Assembly (NCBI GenBank): GCA_043803945.1
Contig: JAZDJN010000095.1
Location: 64,001 to 128,000, forward strand
Source of the DNA: a bacterium
Lineage (GTDB): Bacteria > Bacteroidota > Ignavibacteria > UBA10030
DNA length: 64,000 nt
Direction: 5' to 3'
Each line of letters starts with the position of its first letter. Within the stretch, counting starts at the first letter, position 1. The position numbers and the translations under genes were made by a program. The notes under the pieces are model-generated. The model searched no databases. It worked only from the letters and a program-made list of their open reading frames with translations, and was not told where the DNA came from. This document shows, in pieces, positions 20,730 to 30,064 of this stretch.

Positions 20730-21035
20730 CTATCTGATTTTTAAAATCCAGTCGGCAGGGTTAAACTTCTTAATTTCAATTTCTGGCACCAGCGTCTTTA
20801 CGATAAGATGGGTATCCTCAATGACTCTAACATGGGTTGGCATGAAATCCTTGGAGCACTTATCACAATGGAGCGAAAGAACACTGTCGGGTGCGGCAAT
20901 GTTGAGTTTTTTGGTCCACAGAACGAGGTCTTCTTTCGAGGAAATCCGATAATCCACGCGCTCAATATAGTGACCGCACTGTTGATGCCGCGCCGAATAT
21001 AAGAGAAAGATATGTGATTGTTGTGAGTCAGTCAT
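20730..21035 (-). CDS. Small hypothetical protein, possibly zinc-binding
   Basis: 101 aa ORF with SD-like GGGGA; HQQCGH and CDKC motifs. Confidence 0.65.
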   Translation of the reverse strand: MTDSQQSHIFLLYSARHQQCGHYIERVDYRISSKEDLVLWTKKLNIAAPDSVLSLHCDKCSKDFMPTHVRVIEDTHLIVKTLVPEIEIKKFNPADWILKIR

Positions 21036-21159
21036 AAGTTGAATCCCCGTTATGCTGTGAGAATGAATCTCCTAAACAAAAGACTATAAAAAAAAACGAT
21101 AACATACAAGGGTGAACAACAAAATATCCTTTGGGTGTGATCGTGCTCAACGGTTTTAG

Positions 21160-21175
21160 TGTGAGCCCGCTCACA
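21160..21175. promoter_or_regulatory. CRP/FNR-family-like operator
   Basis: TGTGA-GCCCGC-TCACA fits TGTGA-N6-TCACA; related TGTGA-N6-TCAAC at 21136-21151. Confidence 0.45.
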
Positions 21176-21272
21176 ACATCGGGTTCAGTAAGGGAGAAAG
21201 GGATCTTCGGGACTCGTTGAATCTCATTCCCTTTTTGCGTACTCTCTACAAGAGACCTCAACACAAATCAAC

Positions 21273-22085
21273 ATGATCGCATCCTCCTTTATCCTTCTCT
21301 TTCTTGGCGGCATTGCAACCGGAACCCTTGGCTCATTGCTCGGAATCGGTGGCGGTATTTTTCTTGTCCCCTTTCTTACGCTGGTGATTGGCGTTCCAGC
21401 TAAACAGGCAATCGCCACAAGCATTATTGCTGTGATTGCAACTTCGAGTGCCGGGGCGTCGGTGAATTTGAAACGTAACACGGTGAACGTGCGGCTCGGG
21501 TTTCTCCTGGAATCCGTAACGGTTCTTGGTGCGATTGGGGGAAGCTTTACCGCTTCCCTGCTCAGCGGCGAAACGTTAATCAAGCTTTTTGCCACACTGT
21601 TGCTTGTTGTTGCTATCTTGATGATCCACAAGACGCGGCAAAAAAAATCGATGGATGCACCTTCATCACAAGGAATTCTCCATGGGCAATTCACCGATGA
21701 AGCAAACGGAACGGTTGTCTCCTATGCGGTTCACCGCATTCCGGCGGTCATGGGTGTTTCGTTTCTCGCCGGCAACGTGTCGGGGCTTCTTGGTATCGGG
21801 GGAGGAATTTTCAAAGTCCCTGCGATGCATATTCTTGGCGGCGTTCCAATGAAGATTGCGACAGCAACAAGTAATTTTACGATCGGGGTAACGGCTGCGG
21901 CGTCTGCATTTATCTATTTTTCTCATGGCCATGTAAATCCATGGATTGCCTCGTCCTCGGCGCTTGGCGTGCTGGGCGGATCACTCCTTGGCACGGTCAT
22001 CAATAGAAAAATTGAGAGCACGGTTCTAACCTGGATTTTTGTCGTCGTTCTGTTATTTGTTTCGATCCAAATGTATTTGAAGTAA
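21273..22085 (+). CDS. Sulfite exporter TauE/SafE family protein
   Basis: Two GLLGIGGG repeats, A.ATS motifs, highly hydrophobic. Confidence 0.92.
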   Translation: MIASSFILLFLGGIATGTLGSLLGIGGGIFLVPFLTLVIGVPAKQAIATSIIAVIATSSAGASVNLKRNTVNVRLGFLLESVTVLGAIGGSFTASLLSGETLIKLFATLLLVVAILMIHKTRQKKSMDAPSSQGILHGQFTDEANGTVVSYAVHRIPAVMGVSFLAGNVSGLLGIGGGIFKVPAMHILGGVPMKIATATSNFTIGVTAAASAFIYFSHGHVNPWIASSSALGVLGGSLLGTVINRKIESTVLTWIFVVVLLFVSIQMYLK

Positions 22086-22089
22086 ACCT

Positions 22090-22464
22090 ATGCCCCCCAC
22101 GGAAGAACAGAATATAAAAGTCGTAGAGCGCTGGTCGGCACGAACATTGCAGGTTGGCATTTGGACAAGCGCTATTCTGATCGCCCTCGGCCTTGTGCTC
22201 TCGTTCGTTCCTGGCGATGCCAGCCAGGGATCAGCTCAACAGCAAATGGTGTATGACGGATTATCTTCGATAAAACAGAATGCAGGCAGCCCCGTAGTTC
22301 TCTTGTACCTCGGGCTCATTCTTTTGATGCTTACACCGGTTCTTCGCGTTGTCACCTCTCTTGTAGGATTTGCTTCGGAAAAGGACAAAACCTACGTGGG
22401 GGTATCGGCGTTTGTTCTTGTGGTTCTGCTTGCCGAATTATGCTATTCCCTGATTATAAGGTAA
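22090..22464 (+). CDS. DUF1634 family membrane protein
   Basis: Three TM segments, LGLILLMLTPVLRV, EKDKTY; usual partner of TauE. Confidence 0.8.
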   Translation: MPPTEEQNIKVVERWSARTLQVGIWTSAILIALGLVLSFVPGDASQGSAQQQMVYDGLSSIKQNAGSPVVLLYLGLILLMLTPVLRVVTSLVGFASEKDKTYVGVSAFVLVVLLAELCYSLIIR

Positions 22465-22498
22465 CGCAGTTATTAACCCACAAAAAAAGGAGAGACCT

Positions 22499-23329
22499 AT
22501 GACATTCATGGAAAAACTCGAAGCGATTCAGAAAAAAAGGCAATCGCTGCTCTGTGTCGGTCTTGATGTGGATGAAAAGTTGATACCGACAATTCTCTAC
22601 TCCCGGTATCATGATCCTGTCATGGGATTCATCAAAGAGATCATCAATGCAACACAGGATGTCGTGTGCGCCTACAAACTGAATATCGCATTCTACGAAG
22701 CGATGGGGGATCGAGGCTGGGAACTTCTCCGCGAAGCGCTTAAGCTCATTCCCAAAGATATCGTCACGATCGGAGACGGTAAACGGGGAGACATTGGAAA
22801 TACGTCGGAACGATATGCGACCGCCATGTACACCACCCTTGGTTTTGATGCAACGACAGTCAACCCGTACATGGGTAAGGACTCTATTGAACCGTTTCTT
22901 AAAAGTACGGAGCACTGCGCGTTTGTTCTTGCACTGACATCGAACGCCGGCTCGAAGGATTTCCAACGGCTGCTTGTGAACGAGAAGCCGGTGTACGAAT
23001 ATGTGGTCAAAGCTGCCGCCAAATGGAACGCGAAGAAAAATGTCGGCCTTGTTGTCGGAGCAACACACCCCAATGAACTCGAGCCGATCAGAAAACTTGC
23101 TTCCGATATGCCGATTCTGATTCCCGGTATCGGCAAGCAAGGAGGCGACCTGAAATCGGCAGTACGGTATGGGTGCACAAAAAGGGGATACCTCGCAATT
23201 ATCAATGCCAGCCGAAGCATTCTCTATGCATCATGCAGCATGGATTTTGCAAAAGCAGCACAGATTGAAGCAGTCAGGCTGCACAAACAAATTCAGAAAT
23301 ATCGTAAGCTGTATTTCAAGATCAAGTAA
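22499..23329 (+). CDS. pyrF: Orotidine-5'-phosphate decarboxylase (type 2)
   Basis: LCVGLD, YKLNIAFYE, DGKRGDIGNT, LIPGIGKQGG, NASRSI. Confidence 0.97.
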   Translation: MTFMEKLEAIQKKRQSLLCVGLDVDEKLIPTILYSRYHDPVMGFIKEIINATQDVVCAYKLNIAFYEAMGDRGWELLREALKLIPKDIVTIGDGKRGDIGNTSERYATAMYTTLGFDATTVNPYMGKDSIEPFLKSTEHCAFVLALTSNAGSKDFQRLLVNEKPVYEYVVKAAAKWNAKKNVGLVVGATHPNELEPIRKLASDMPILIPGIGKQGGDLKSAVRYGCTKRGYLAIINASRSILYASCSMDFAKAAQIEAVRLHKQIQKYRKLYFKIK

Positions 23330-23549
23330 GCTTAAGTCGCGCTTTTGACGGAGGTATCTCTTAGTTGCACCAAGGAATTGGAGAGAGACCGAAATCTCCT
23401 CAAGTAGCAGACATATCGATGTCGAGGTGAGGACGGAGAGGTAGCGCCCCATCCTCAACCGGCGGAGAGGATGCACCGGATAGATTCACAGAAGCACCGA
23501 CGCTGTCTTCAGCACCGTTATAATTGTACAACACAGGAAGGAACACACC

Positions 23550-25058
23550 ATGCACCGCGGCACGCCCTATATTCACGAACGTTTTCTCCGACACATCTGG
23601 AGTCGGCAATATTTATCTCATACCCAATTAACAACAGTTGACGGAAAAGCACTGCAGATCATCGATGCAGGCGAATTAAACCTTGACGGAGGCCCCGATT
23701 TCAAAAATGCAATCATCCAGATTGGGTCAACACGCTTTGCCGGCGAGGTGGAAATCCATCGTAATACCGTCGAATGGCTTCGGCATCTCCACCAGCAAAA
23801 CCCGCGCTACAACAAAGTCGTTCTCCACGTAGTACTGGAAGGATCTGTAAACGATGCCCCAACAATTGCACAAAGCGGGAGAGAGATCCACACCCTCGTT
23901 CTCGAACCGTTTCTTTCAGAATCCATCCGGTCGCTCTGGAAAAAAATAATCCTGGATGAGCACACCCGCGCCCATCAGAGAATCCGGTGTCAGCCATTCA
24001 ATGGTGAGGCAACCATACAGAGTATTGTGGTTTGGGTGCAGCACCTTGCGGTAGAAAGGCTGGAGCTGAAACTCAGAAGATTTGATGAACGCCTTCGGGA
24101 CCTTGCCTATGCCGAACTTCTTGTGGTACGCGAGCCGCGTCAATCATATGGACCAATGCCCGTTCGCGGGAACACCGACGATGTTCCGCCGCCATTCAAA
24201 GAACTCACTATACGAGATCTTTCGAAGAAAGGAATCTGGGAACAAGTACTCTATGAAGGGCTGCTGGAATGTCTCGGGTACAGTAAAAACCAGGAACCGT
24301 TTGTCCGCCTGGCAAGAAATGTTCCTTTGCAGAGCATTCAACCCATGAAGCTTACAGTGGAGCAGCTTGAAGCGGTGTTGTTCGGCTCCGCAGGATTATT
24401 GCCTAAGAGCGGCTCCCTCGTTGAGGCGGAATCGAAGCACTATGTAAAGAGCCTCAGGACAACCTGGAATGCATTAAGAAAACAATTGTTGAAGCCCGTT
24501 CTTCATGCGGCGGACTGGCAATTCTTTCCAACGCGCCCCTCAAATTTCCCAACGATTCGAATTGCTGCCGCCGCTGTTCTGGCTCATCGCTTCATCACGG
24601 AAGATCTATTTCGAACAACGATTCAAATACTGAAATCGGAACTCCCCATTCGCGAAAAACAAGCAAAGCTGATACAGAAACTCACCGTGGAGACTTCGGA
24701 GTTCTGGAAGCAGCATTATCATTTTGATCAAACAACAAGCAGGCCGGTTCGCGCCCTGGGCGTTGAACGCATCAAGGACATGGTTGTCAATTGTATTATT
24801 CCGGTTGCACTGCTGTATGCAAGAACATTCAAGGATAAGGAAGTGAGAGAATCAACCCTGCAACTGTACAACGGCTTTCCGCCGCTCATGCCAAACGCTG
24901 TGACGCTACTTATGGAGAAACAGTTGTTGAACCAGCGCGCTCTAATAAACACGGTTAGCCTGCAACAGGGCATTATCCATCTCTATAAGTATTATTGCAA
25001 AGATGATCGGTGTTCGGAGTGCGAGATTGGCCGGACCCTGCCGTTGGTCTTGAAGTGA
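23550..25058 (+). CDS. DUF2851 family protein
   Basis: GPDFKNA, GEVEIH, VVLHVV, LGYSKN, RPSNFPTIR, FWKQHY, C-terminal C..RC.EC.IG. Confidence 0.88.
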   Translation: MHRGTPYIHERFLRHIWSRQYLSHTQLTTVDGKALQIIDAGELNLDGGPDFKNAIIQIGSTRFAGEVEIHRNTVEWLRHLHQQNPRYNKVVLHVVLEGSVNDAPTIAQSGREIHTLVLEPFLSESIRSLWKKIILDEHTRAHQRIRCQPFNGEATIQSIVVWVQHLAVERLELKLRRFDERLRDLAYAELLVVREPRQSYGPMPVRGNTDDVPPPFKELTIRDLSKKGIWEQVLYEGLLECLGYSKNQEPFVRLARNVPLQSIQPMKLTVEQLEAVLFGSAGLLPKSGSLVEAESKHYVKSLRTTWNALRKQLLKPVLHAADWQFFPTRPSNFPTIRIAAAAVLAHRFITEDLFRTTIQILKSELPIREKQAKLIQKLTVETSEFWKQHYHFDQTTSRPVRALGVERIKDMVVNCIIPVALLYARTFKDKEVRESTLQLYNGFPPLMPNAVTLLMEKQLLNQRALINTVSLQQGIIHLYKYYCKDDRCSECEIGRTLPLVLK

Positions 25059-25062
25059 AGAG

Positions 25063-25112
25063 AAAAGTCCGACATCTTCGTTAGGTGAACCGTTGGGAGA
25101 TGTCGGACTTTT
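25063..25112. terminator. Bidirectional terminator between convergent genes
   Basis: AAAAGTCCGACATCT...AGATGTCGGACTTTT, 15-bp arms. Confidence 0.75.
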
Positions 25113-25116
25113 ACGA

Positions 25117-26478
25117 TCAGGTTTTCTGCTGTTTCTTTTTCGCGGCCGGAAAAAGAACATTATTGAGGATGAGCCGATAACCGGGAGAGTTTTTGTGCAG
25201 CGTTAAATCGGTCGGCGGATCTCCAACGGCATGCTGATAATCTTCAGGGTCATGCCCGGCATACCAGGTAAACGTGCCCTTGCCGAAATTTCCATGTATG
25301 TAACGCACCTCTTCGGTGCCTTCCCGCTCTGCAAGCACGATATCGGTCCGTTTGAGCAAGCTCTTTTTAAATGCTGTGGTTTGTCCCATAAACCCCTTGA
25401 CGAGAGAGACATGGTTCTGTGTCAGCATCGAGGGAACGGGATCGTACTTGGCAGAGAAGTCGAAGAGCGTAAAGTAATCGGTGCTGCCGTCGCGAATGGG
25501 CGGCGGATCGCTGGGTGGAATGTCGATATCCGAGTACTCGTACCGTAGCGGATTCATATCGATCTTGAAGTTTTCGAAAGCAAGTGTTTTGGTGAAATCC
25601 AGCTTCTGCTGTGCATCGGGGTCGGCCGGGTCGCCATCAAACATCGGCTCACAGATATCAACGGTCTCCGTTGCGAGAGCAATATCGTAACTGTCGGTGG
25701 CAGAGCACATGGCAAACATAAATCCGCCGTTGGCAATATAATCCTTGATGGCCCGGACGACAGCTTTCTTGGCTTCGGAAACCTTTTTGAATCCGAGCCG
25801 CCTGGCTTCTTTTTCGTACAACAACTGTTGTTCGATATACCATGATGCATAGCGGTAATTTGAAAAGAACTTGCCGTATTGCCCCGTAAAATCTTCATGA
25901 TGGAGATGAAGCCAATCGTACTCGGCGAGCTTTCCCGAGAGCACCTCTTCGTCCCACACCTTTGTATAAGGAATTTCCGCATACTCCATTGCCATCGTAA
26001 CGGCATCGTCCCAGGGCTTGAAGTTTGGCGGAACATAGACGGCAACCTTCGGCACCTTTTCTAACCGCACCACATCCTTATTGTTGTCCTCACGCTGAAC
26101 CTCGGCATAGACAATCCCTGCCTCGGTGGCGGAGAGCTGCTCAAAGAGAACACCGCGCACCCGGCATTCCCGCGCAGCAACATCGCTGTAGTCTGTCATG
26201 AATGAGCCGCCACGATAGTTCAACAGCCAATCAACCTCACCATTGTGTTGAAGAATCCAAAAAGCAATACCGTACGATTTGAGGTGGTCTGTTTGCTTTA
26301 AGTCCATAGGAATAAAAAGCTTGGCTTGAGCGGATAGTAGAGAAGTAAGAAGTAAGACGAGAGACGTGAGATGGAAGAAACAATTTAAGCGAAAGAGGCA
26401 AGAAAAGAGACGAAAGAAGAGGCGGAAGAAAAAGGGCCAATGAGGAAAACAAGCACATAGCTCTAAATTGATACTCAT
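25117..26478 (-). CDS. Conserved exported FCB-group protein (often labelled 'asparagine synthetase B'; function unknown)
   Basis: WLLNYRGGSF, PWDDAVT, YDWLHLHHEDFTGQYGKF, FAMCSA, GHDPEDY, NSPGYRLILNNVLFPAA; signal peptide; no AsnB Ntn or ATP-PPase motifs. Confidence 0.8.
   Translation of the reverse strand: MSINLELCACFPHWPFFFRLFFRLFSCLFRLNCFFHLTSLVLLLTSLLSAQAKLFIPMDLKQTDHLKSYGIAFWILQHNGEVDWLLNYRGGSFMTDYSDVAARECRVRGVLFEQLSATEAGIVYAEVQREDNNKDVVRLEKVPKVAVYVPPNFKPWDDAVTMAMEYAEIPYTKVWDEEVLSGKLAEYDWLHLHHEDFTGQYGKFFSNYRYASWYIEQQLLYEKEARRLGFKKVSEAKKAVVRAIKDYIANGGFMFAMCSATDSYDIALATETVDICEPMFDGDPADPDAQQKLDFTKTLAFENFKIDMNPLRYEYSDIDIPPSDPPPIRDGSTDYFTLFDFSAKYDPVPSMLTQNHVSLVKGFMGQTTAFKKSLLKRTDIVLAEREGTEEVRYIHGNFGKGTFTWYAGHDPEDYQHAVGDPPTDLTLHKNSPGYRLILNNVLFPAAKKKQQKT
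26341..26434. repeat. Heptamer and 12-mer tandem arrays inside a signal-peptide coding region
   Basis: AGAAGTA AGAAGTA AGACGAG AGACGTG AGATGG, then 12-bp units encoding FFRL/FFRL/FSCL on the minus strand. Confidence 0.65.
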
Positions 26479-26693
26479 TTGTTTATACCGTTGTGTTGTA
26501 CTTTGCCGTCGTTTTGAATGCTGGCGAGTTCTTCTATTGTCTGTTGGATTGGTTCATACCAGATTATTCGATCAATCATTTTTTCGATAACGAATGTTAA
26601 CTCATCGTTATTTAATTTTCTATTGATTGTATCTGTGGCTACCCGCTGAATGTCGTGTCTGGTAACGTAATAAACATGTTTTCTTAAATTCAT
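26475..26693 (-). CDS. Small hypothetical protein in the HNH cassette
   Basis: SD GAGGAG before ATG 26693; ATGA overlap with the next gene; AT-rich. Confidence 0.65.
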   Translation of the reverse strand: MNLRKHVYYVTRHDIQRVATDTINRKLNNDELTFVIEKMIDRIIWYEPIQQTIEELASIQNDGKVQHNGINK

Positions 26694-26781
26694 AAACCTG
26701 CTCCTCATGGCATCTGTTTTGTTTTCACAGATCAATACACGAAGTGATTAATATTGTCAGCAGTAATTTGGTGATAATCAT

Positions 26782-27717
26782 TTACTTGTGAAAAATATTC
26801 TCGCGATGCCAACAAATGGAATTAATATGTGGGTAAGAAGCGCTTCGTTTGGGTAATCTTATGGTTCTGTTCGATAAAAAGAACCCTCTCATCAAGTCAT
26901 GGTTATCCATTATACCATAGCCGATTGGTAATTCTTTAATTTTCTCACTACCCTGTATAGAATAATTTGATCTAAGTGTGAACCAGCCTACATCGAAAGC
27001 CCAGTGGTGAAAGTGACAAAAAGCTATTCCATTCCAAATGTCATCTTTCCCATAAAAACGATGAGGTACAATATAAGCTGCCTCAACCTCCCATAGAAGT
27101 TTGTCTGGAGATATAATTTTCATACCACAGAATGAACAACAATAATCATAGGCTTCTAATATTGCTTGTCGAAATCCCCTTGTTCGAATTAAAGACTCTC
27201 TAGCGGTTTTAACAATTCGTTTTCGTGTGTCGATCGGATTATAATTTTCAACTCTTTTAGCCTGCTCAAGCTTATTCTTTACTTTTTGCACTTCATGGGT
27301 TCGAACCGGTAATTCAATTTTTCTTTCAAGTGGTATTTGTGATAACCTTAGAGCTTCATCAAGTCCCTTTTCCGTCAACATCCATTCGCGCTTTTGCGTG
27401 AGTATCACAGTTTCTTTAGGGTGAGAAAGCAACCTACATTTTGCGGCGAGATCTGCTGTACGGAATAACAACCGATGCCATGCCGGAAATGTTTTGATAC
27501 GGTTCTCTTTTCTAACTAAAGCCTGCATTAAAAAGGAACGTTGTCTTTCCGACAATCCCAGTCGTTCTGCAATTTCATCTGAGAAATCTTGTTTACCAGC
27601 ACCAAATTCTTTAATGGAACCATTATGTTTTAATAATGAAGTTAGAAGAACAGGAATAACCGTTTCCTTTGTCGGCAGAGCAAGCTCCTTAAAGACCTTT
27701 CTTTCATAACTGGTCAT
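26782..27717 (-). CDS. Mrr_N-like winged helix plus HNH endonuclease (putative modification-dependent nuclease)
   Basis: N-terminal LALP..L..L...EIAERLGLSE..R...WMLTEKG; C-terminal FRQAILEAYDYCCSFCG, EAAYIVP, NGIAFCHFHHWAFD; visibly AT-rich. Confidence 0.8.
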   Translation of the reverse strand: MTSYERKVFKELALPTKETVIPVLLTSLLKHNGSIKEFGAGKQDFSDEIAERLGLSERQRSFLMQALVRKENRIKTFPAWHRLLFRTADLAAKCRLLSHPKETVILTQKREWMLTEKGLDEALRLSQIPLERKIELPVRTHEVQKVKNKLEQAKRVENYNPIDTRKRIVKTARESLIRTRGFRQAILEAYDYCCSFCGMKIISPDKLLWEVEAAYIVPHRFYGKDDIWNGIAFCHFHHWAFDVGWFTLRSNYSIQGSEKIKELPIGYGIMDNHDLMRGFFLSNRTIRLPKRSASYPHINSICWHRENIFHK

Positions 27718-27915
27718 AACTGTTATCTCTCTCTTTTTGTTAGTAGGTATTATTCTTTGTCGGATTTAGTCTGGAAACCGGATGATGGTGTATGCAAGAA
27801 CGACCAATACCCTATTCTCACATATTCTCGCTGCCACCTGCAATACGCACCCGCTTCTTACTTCTACCCGCCTGCACACTTCGTGTTCCGGGCAAGCCAT
27901 CTCCCGTTTTCAGTT

Positions 27916-29823
27916 TTACTGTTGCCGATCACCGCGCAGAAGCCGAATTCTCTTCCGCGTTTCCTCGACATAAAGAGATTTTGGGAATTGCGTTAAAAGC
28001 GCTTCGTATGCCGTAATGGCCTTCGGGGTATCGCGGAGAATCCGTTCATAGATTTCCCCGATATGCAACTGGGCAAGATCGCGAAAGATACTCGTATTCA
28101 TCTCCTCGGCCATGTGTCGAAATGTTGCGGTTGCCTCATCAGTTCGATGCAGGAGTAACTGGATCTCGCCAATCTTCAACGTTGCGTCGTCGATAAGCCT
28201 GGCCGTTTTGTGTTCCTTGATGATAGTCTCGAACAGCGAGAGTGCTTCGGAGTATTTCCTCTGTCGCAGCAGCAGATCGGCTCTGGCGAACTGAGTGAGC
28301 GCCGCTACGGTTGGCATCTTGTTTTCTTCTATGAAATAGAGAAGCTTCAACGCATCATTTGCCAGGTCGGTATTGACGTTTGTGGAAATCTGCCGGAGCC
28401 GTGCGGCCGCCGAATCGAACTTTGCCTCAAAGTACAGCAGCTCAGATAACCGGAACGAAATTCGATCGGTGTATTGCTCGAGGTTGTATTGCTGTACGGA
28501 AAGGTATTGATAGTACGATTGCCGAAGATCGCCGCGCATCAGATGAACCTCGGCAAGGGCGAGCCGTGCTTCGGTGGTAATGATAAGGTTGGTCGATCGC
28601 TGTACAATTTGTCCGAAGGCTGAAGCCGCGCCATCAAGATCGAAGAACCGGTTCACCCGTATGGTACCCAGGCGAAAGAATGACTGCAGCATAACGTCGG
28701 AGTTTGGATACTCATGAATGATCCCTTCGTATAATTCGATTGCTCCGCCATGGGTTGGTTGCGATTCCGACACAGGTTTTTCCCGATTGAAGGGTTGTGC
28801 CGGTGTGAGCGCCGGGATCGTGAAACCCGTGAGTGCGGTACTGCTGTCTGTTTCATTGCTGAGTTCTTCGATTGCCCGGGCAAATCCGAATCGGATCCAC
28901 GGAGTCATCTGGTGGGAAGGGTACTGCTCGAGAATTTCCCGGTAGGCGATCGCAGCGGAGCGATAGGCACGCTCTTGCAAAGCCCGCTGGGCAAAGTTAA
29001 ACAGCTCTGTGCCGCTCGATTTGTTAATCCGGTCTACAATACGATACTCTTGAAGGGCAGTGGAAAAATCCTTTCCCTCCATGGCAAGCCATGCCAGAAG
29101 CATACGCAAGGGCGCCTTCTCGGGTGTTTTGCCAATCTCTTCTCCCACAACACGAAGCGCTGCTCTTCTTGCCTCCTCCCGTACTGTATATGATGCGAGG
29201 CGAGCCTGAACATAGAGAAGCTGTTCGGGCTTGAATTGCAGCATCATGAGATATTCGCGCGTCAACCCCTCGTATTGCTGAAGGACACCGTAAAGCATTG
29301 CAACCTCATCCAGAAATAAATCCTGAATACCCGTTGCCTTTCGCGCTGAAAGATAACTCTCAACAGCCTTCTCATACAAACGATGCTCCATGAACTGGGA
29401 TGCGACCAGGCGGTAAAGGTTCTGATTTTTCGGATCGGTGTTAATAATTAGCTTCCAAACAGAGTCTGCCCGCTGCTCTTTTCCGCCGAGGAAATAAATC
29501 CCCCCGAGCATTGAGAGTAGATTAGGATCGTTTGGCTGGAGTAATAATCGTTGCTGCAGAAGGATGACAGCCTTCTCATACTGCTTGAGCTGAATGTAGC
29601 AGCGTCGAAGTCCATCAAAGAAAACATAGTTCTGAGGCTCGGCCTGAAGCAATGACTCGTAAAGTTGTGCCGAACGCTCCCAGTCTCCAGACTGCTCGAA
29701 GCTTTGTGCCAACCTGAGACGTGCTGCATTATCGGGTTGCTGCGCTGGTGCAGCTCGGTAGAGAACGAGGATAAGTACACCGATAATAATTCTGATAGAA
29801 AACCGAGAAAGCAATGGTATCAT
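27916..29823 (-). CDS. Exported TPR-repeat protein
   Basis: Signal peptide from ATG 29823, many TPR-like helical repeats, C-terminal YEALLTQFPKSLYVEETRKRIRLLRGD. Confidence 0.85.
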   Translation of the reverse strand: MIPLLSRFSIRIIIGVLILVLYRAAPAQQPDNAARLRLAQSFEQSGDWERSAQLYESLLQAEPQNYVFFDGLRRCYIQLKQYEKAVILLQQRLLLQPNDPNLLSMLGGIYFLGGKEQRADSVWKLIINTDPKNQNLYRLVASQFMEHRLYEKAVESYLSARKATGIQDLFLDEVAMLYGVLQQYEGLTREYLMMLQFKPEQLLYVQARLASYTVREEARRAALRVVGEEIGKTPEKAPLRMLLAWLAMEGKDFSTALQEYRIVDRINKSSGTELFNFAQRALQERAYRSAAIAYREILEQYPSHQMTPWIRFGFARAIEELSNETDSSTALTGFTIPALTPAQPFNREKPVSESQPTHGGAIELYEGIIHEYPNSDVMLQSFFRLGTIRVNRFFDLDGAASAFGQIVQRSTNLIITTEARLALAEVHLMRGDLRQSYYQYLSVQQYNLEQYTDRISFRLSELLYFEAKFDSAAARLRQISTNVNTDLANDALKLLYFIEENKMPTVAALTQFARADLLLRQRKYSEALSLFETIIKEHKTARLIDDATLKIGEIQLLLHRTDEATATFRHMAEEMNTSIFRDLAQLHIGEIYERILRDTPKAITAYEALLTQFPKSLYVEETRKRIRLLRGDRQQ

Positions 29824-29907
29824 AGTGCGCTCAATATATAAAAAAATATATTTACTCCTCATACGTTTTGACATGGAACGTAGTCCAAAGAGCATCACGA
29901 CCAGTAG

Positions 29908-30015
29908 AATCATCGCAACCAGCATAATCGAAGCAATCAATGCAATCGGTGTATTCAAAGCAATCTGCACAATCGGTATAATCGAAGCAATCAGTGCAAT
30001 CTGTGTAATCAGCGG
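29908..30015. repeat. Tandem array of twelve degenerate 9-bp units (AATCNNNNN)
   Basis: aatcatcgc aaccagcat aatcgaagc aatcaatgc aatcggtgt attcaaagc aatctgcac aatcggtat aatcgaagc aatcagtgc aatctgtgt aatcagcgg. Confidence 0.9.
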
Positions 30016-30021
30016 TGTTTC

Positions 30022-30050
30022 TTGACATCCCCTCTATTATTGCTTACATT
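30022..30050 (+). promoter_or_regulatory. Sigma70 promoter for dxr-rseP
   Basis: TTGACA-17 bp-TACATT, 14 nt before the dxr GTG. Confidence 0.7.
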
Positions 30051-30064
30051 TTTAACAGAAAAGC

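Noticed and set aside
23330-23549. Riboswitch or ncRNA with alternative GAGGACG/CATCCTC/GAGGATG pairings
   Set aside because: Stems are short and match no RNA family I recognise; an Rfam or covariation test would be needed.
29824-29970. N-terminal extension of the TPR ORF
   Set aside because: It arises from the stop-free 9-bp array; a signal peptide starts at ATG 29823.
29908-30015. CRISPR array
   Set aside because: The period is 9 bp with no spacers of CRISPR length, and there are no cas genes.
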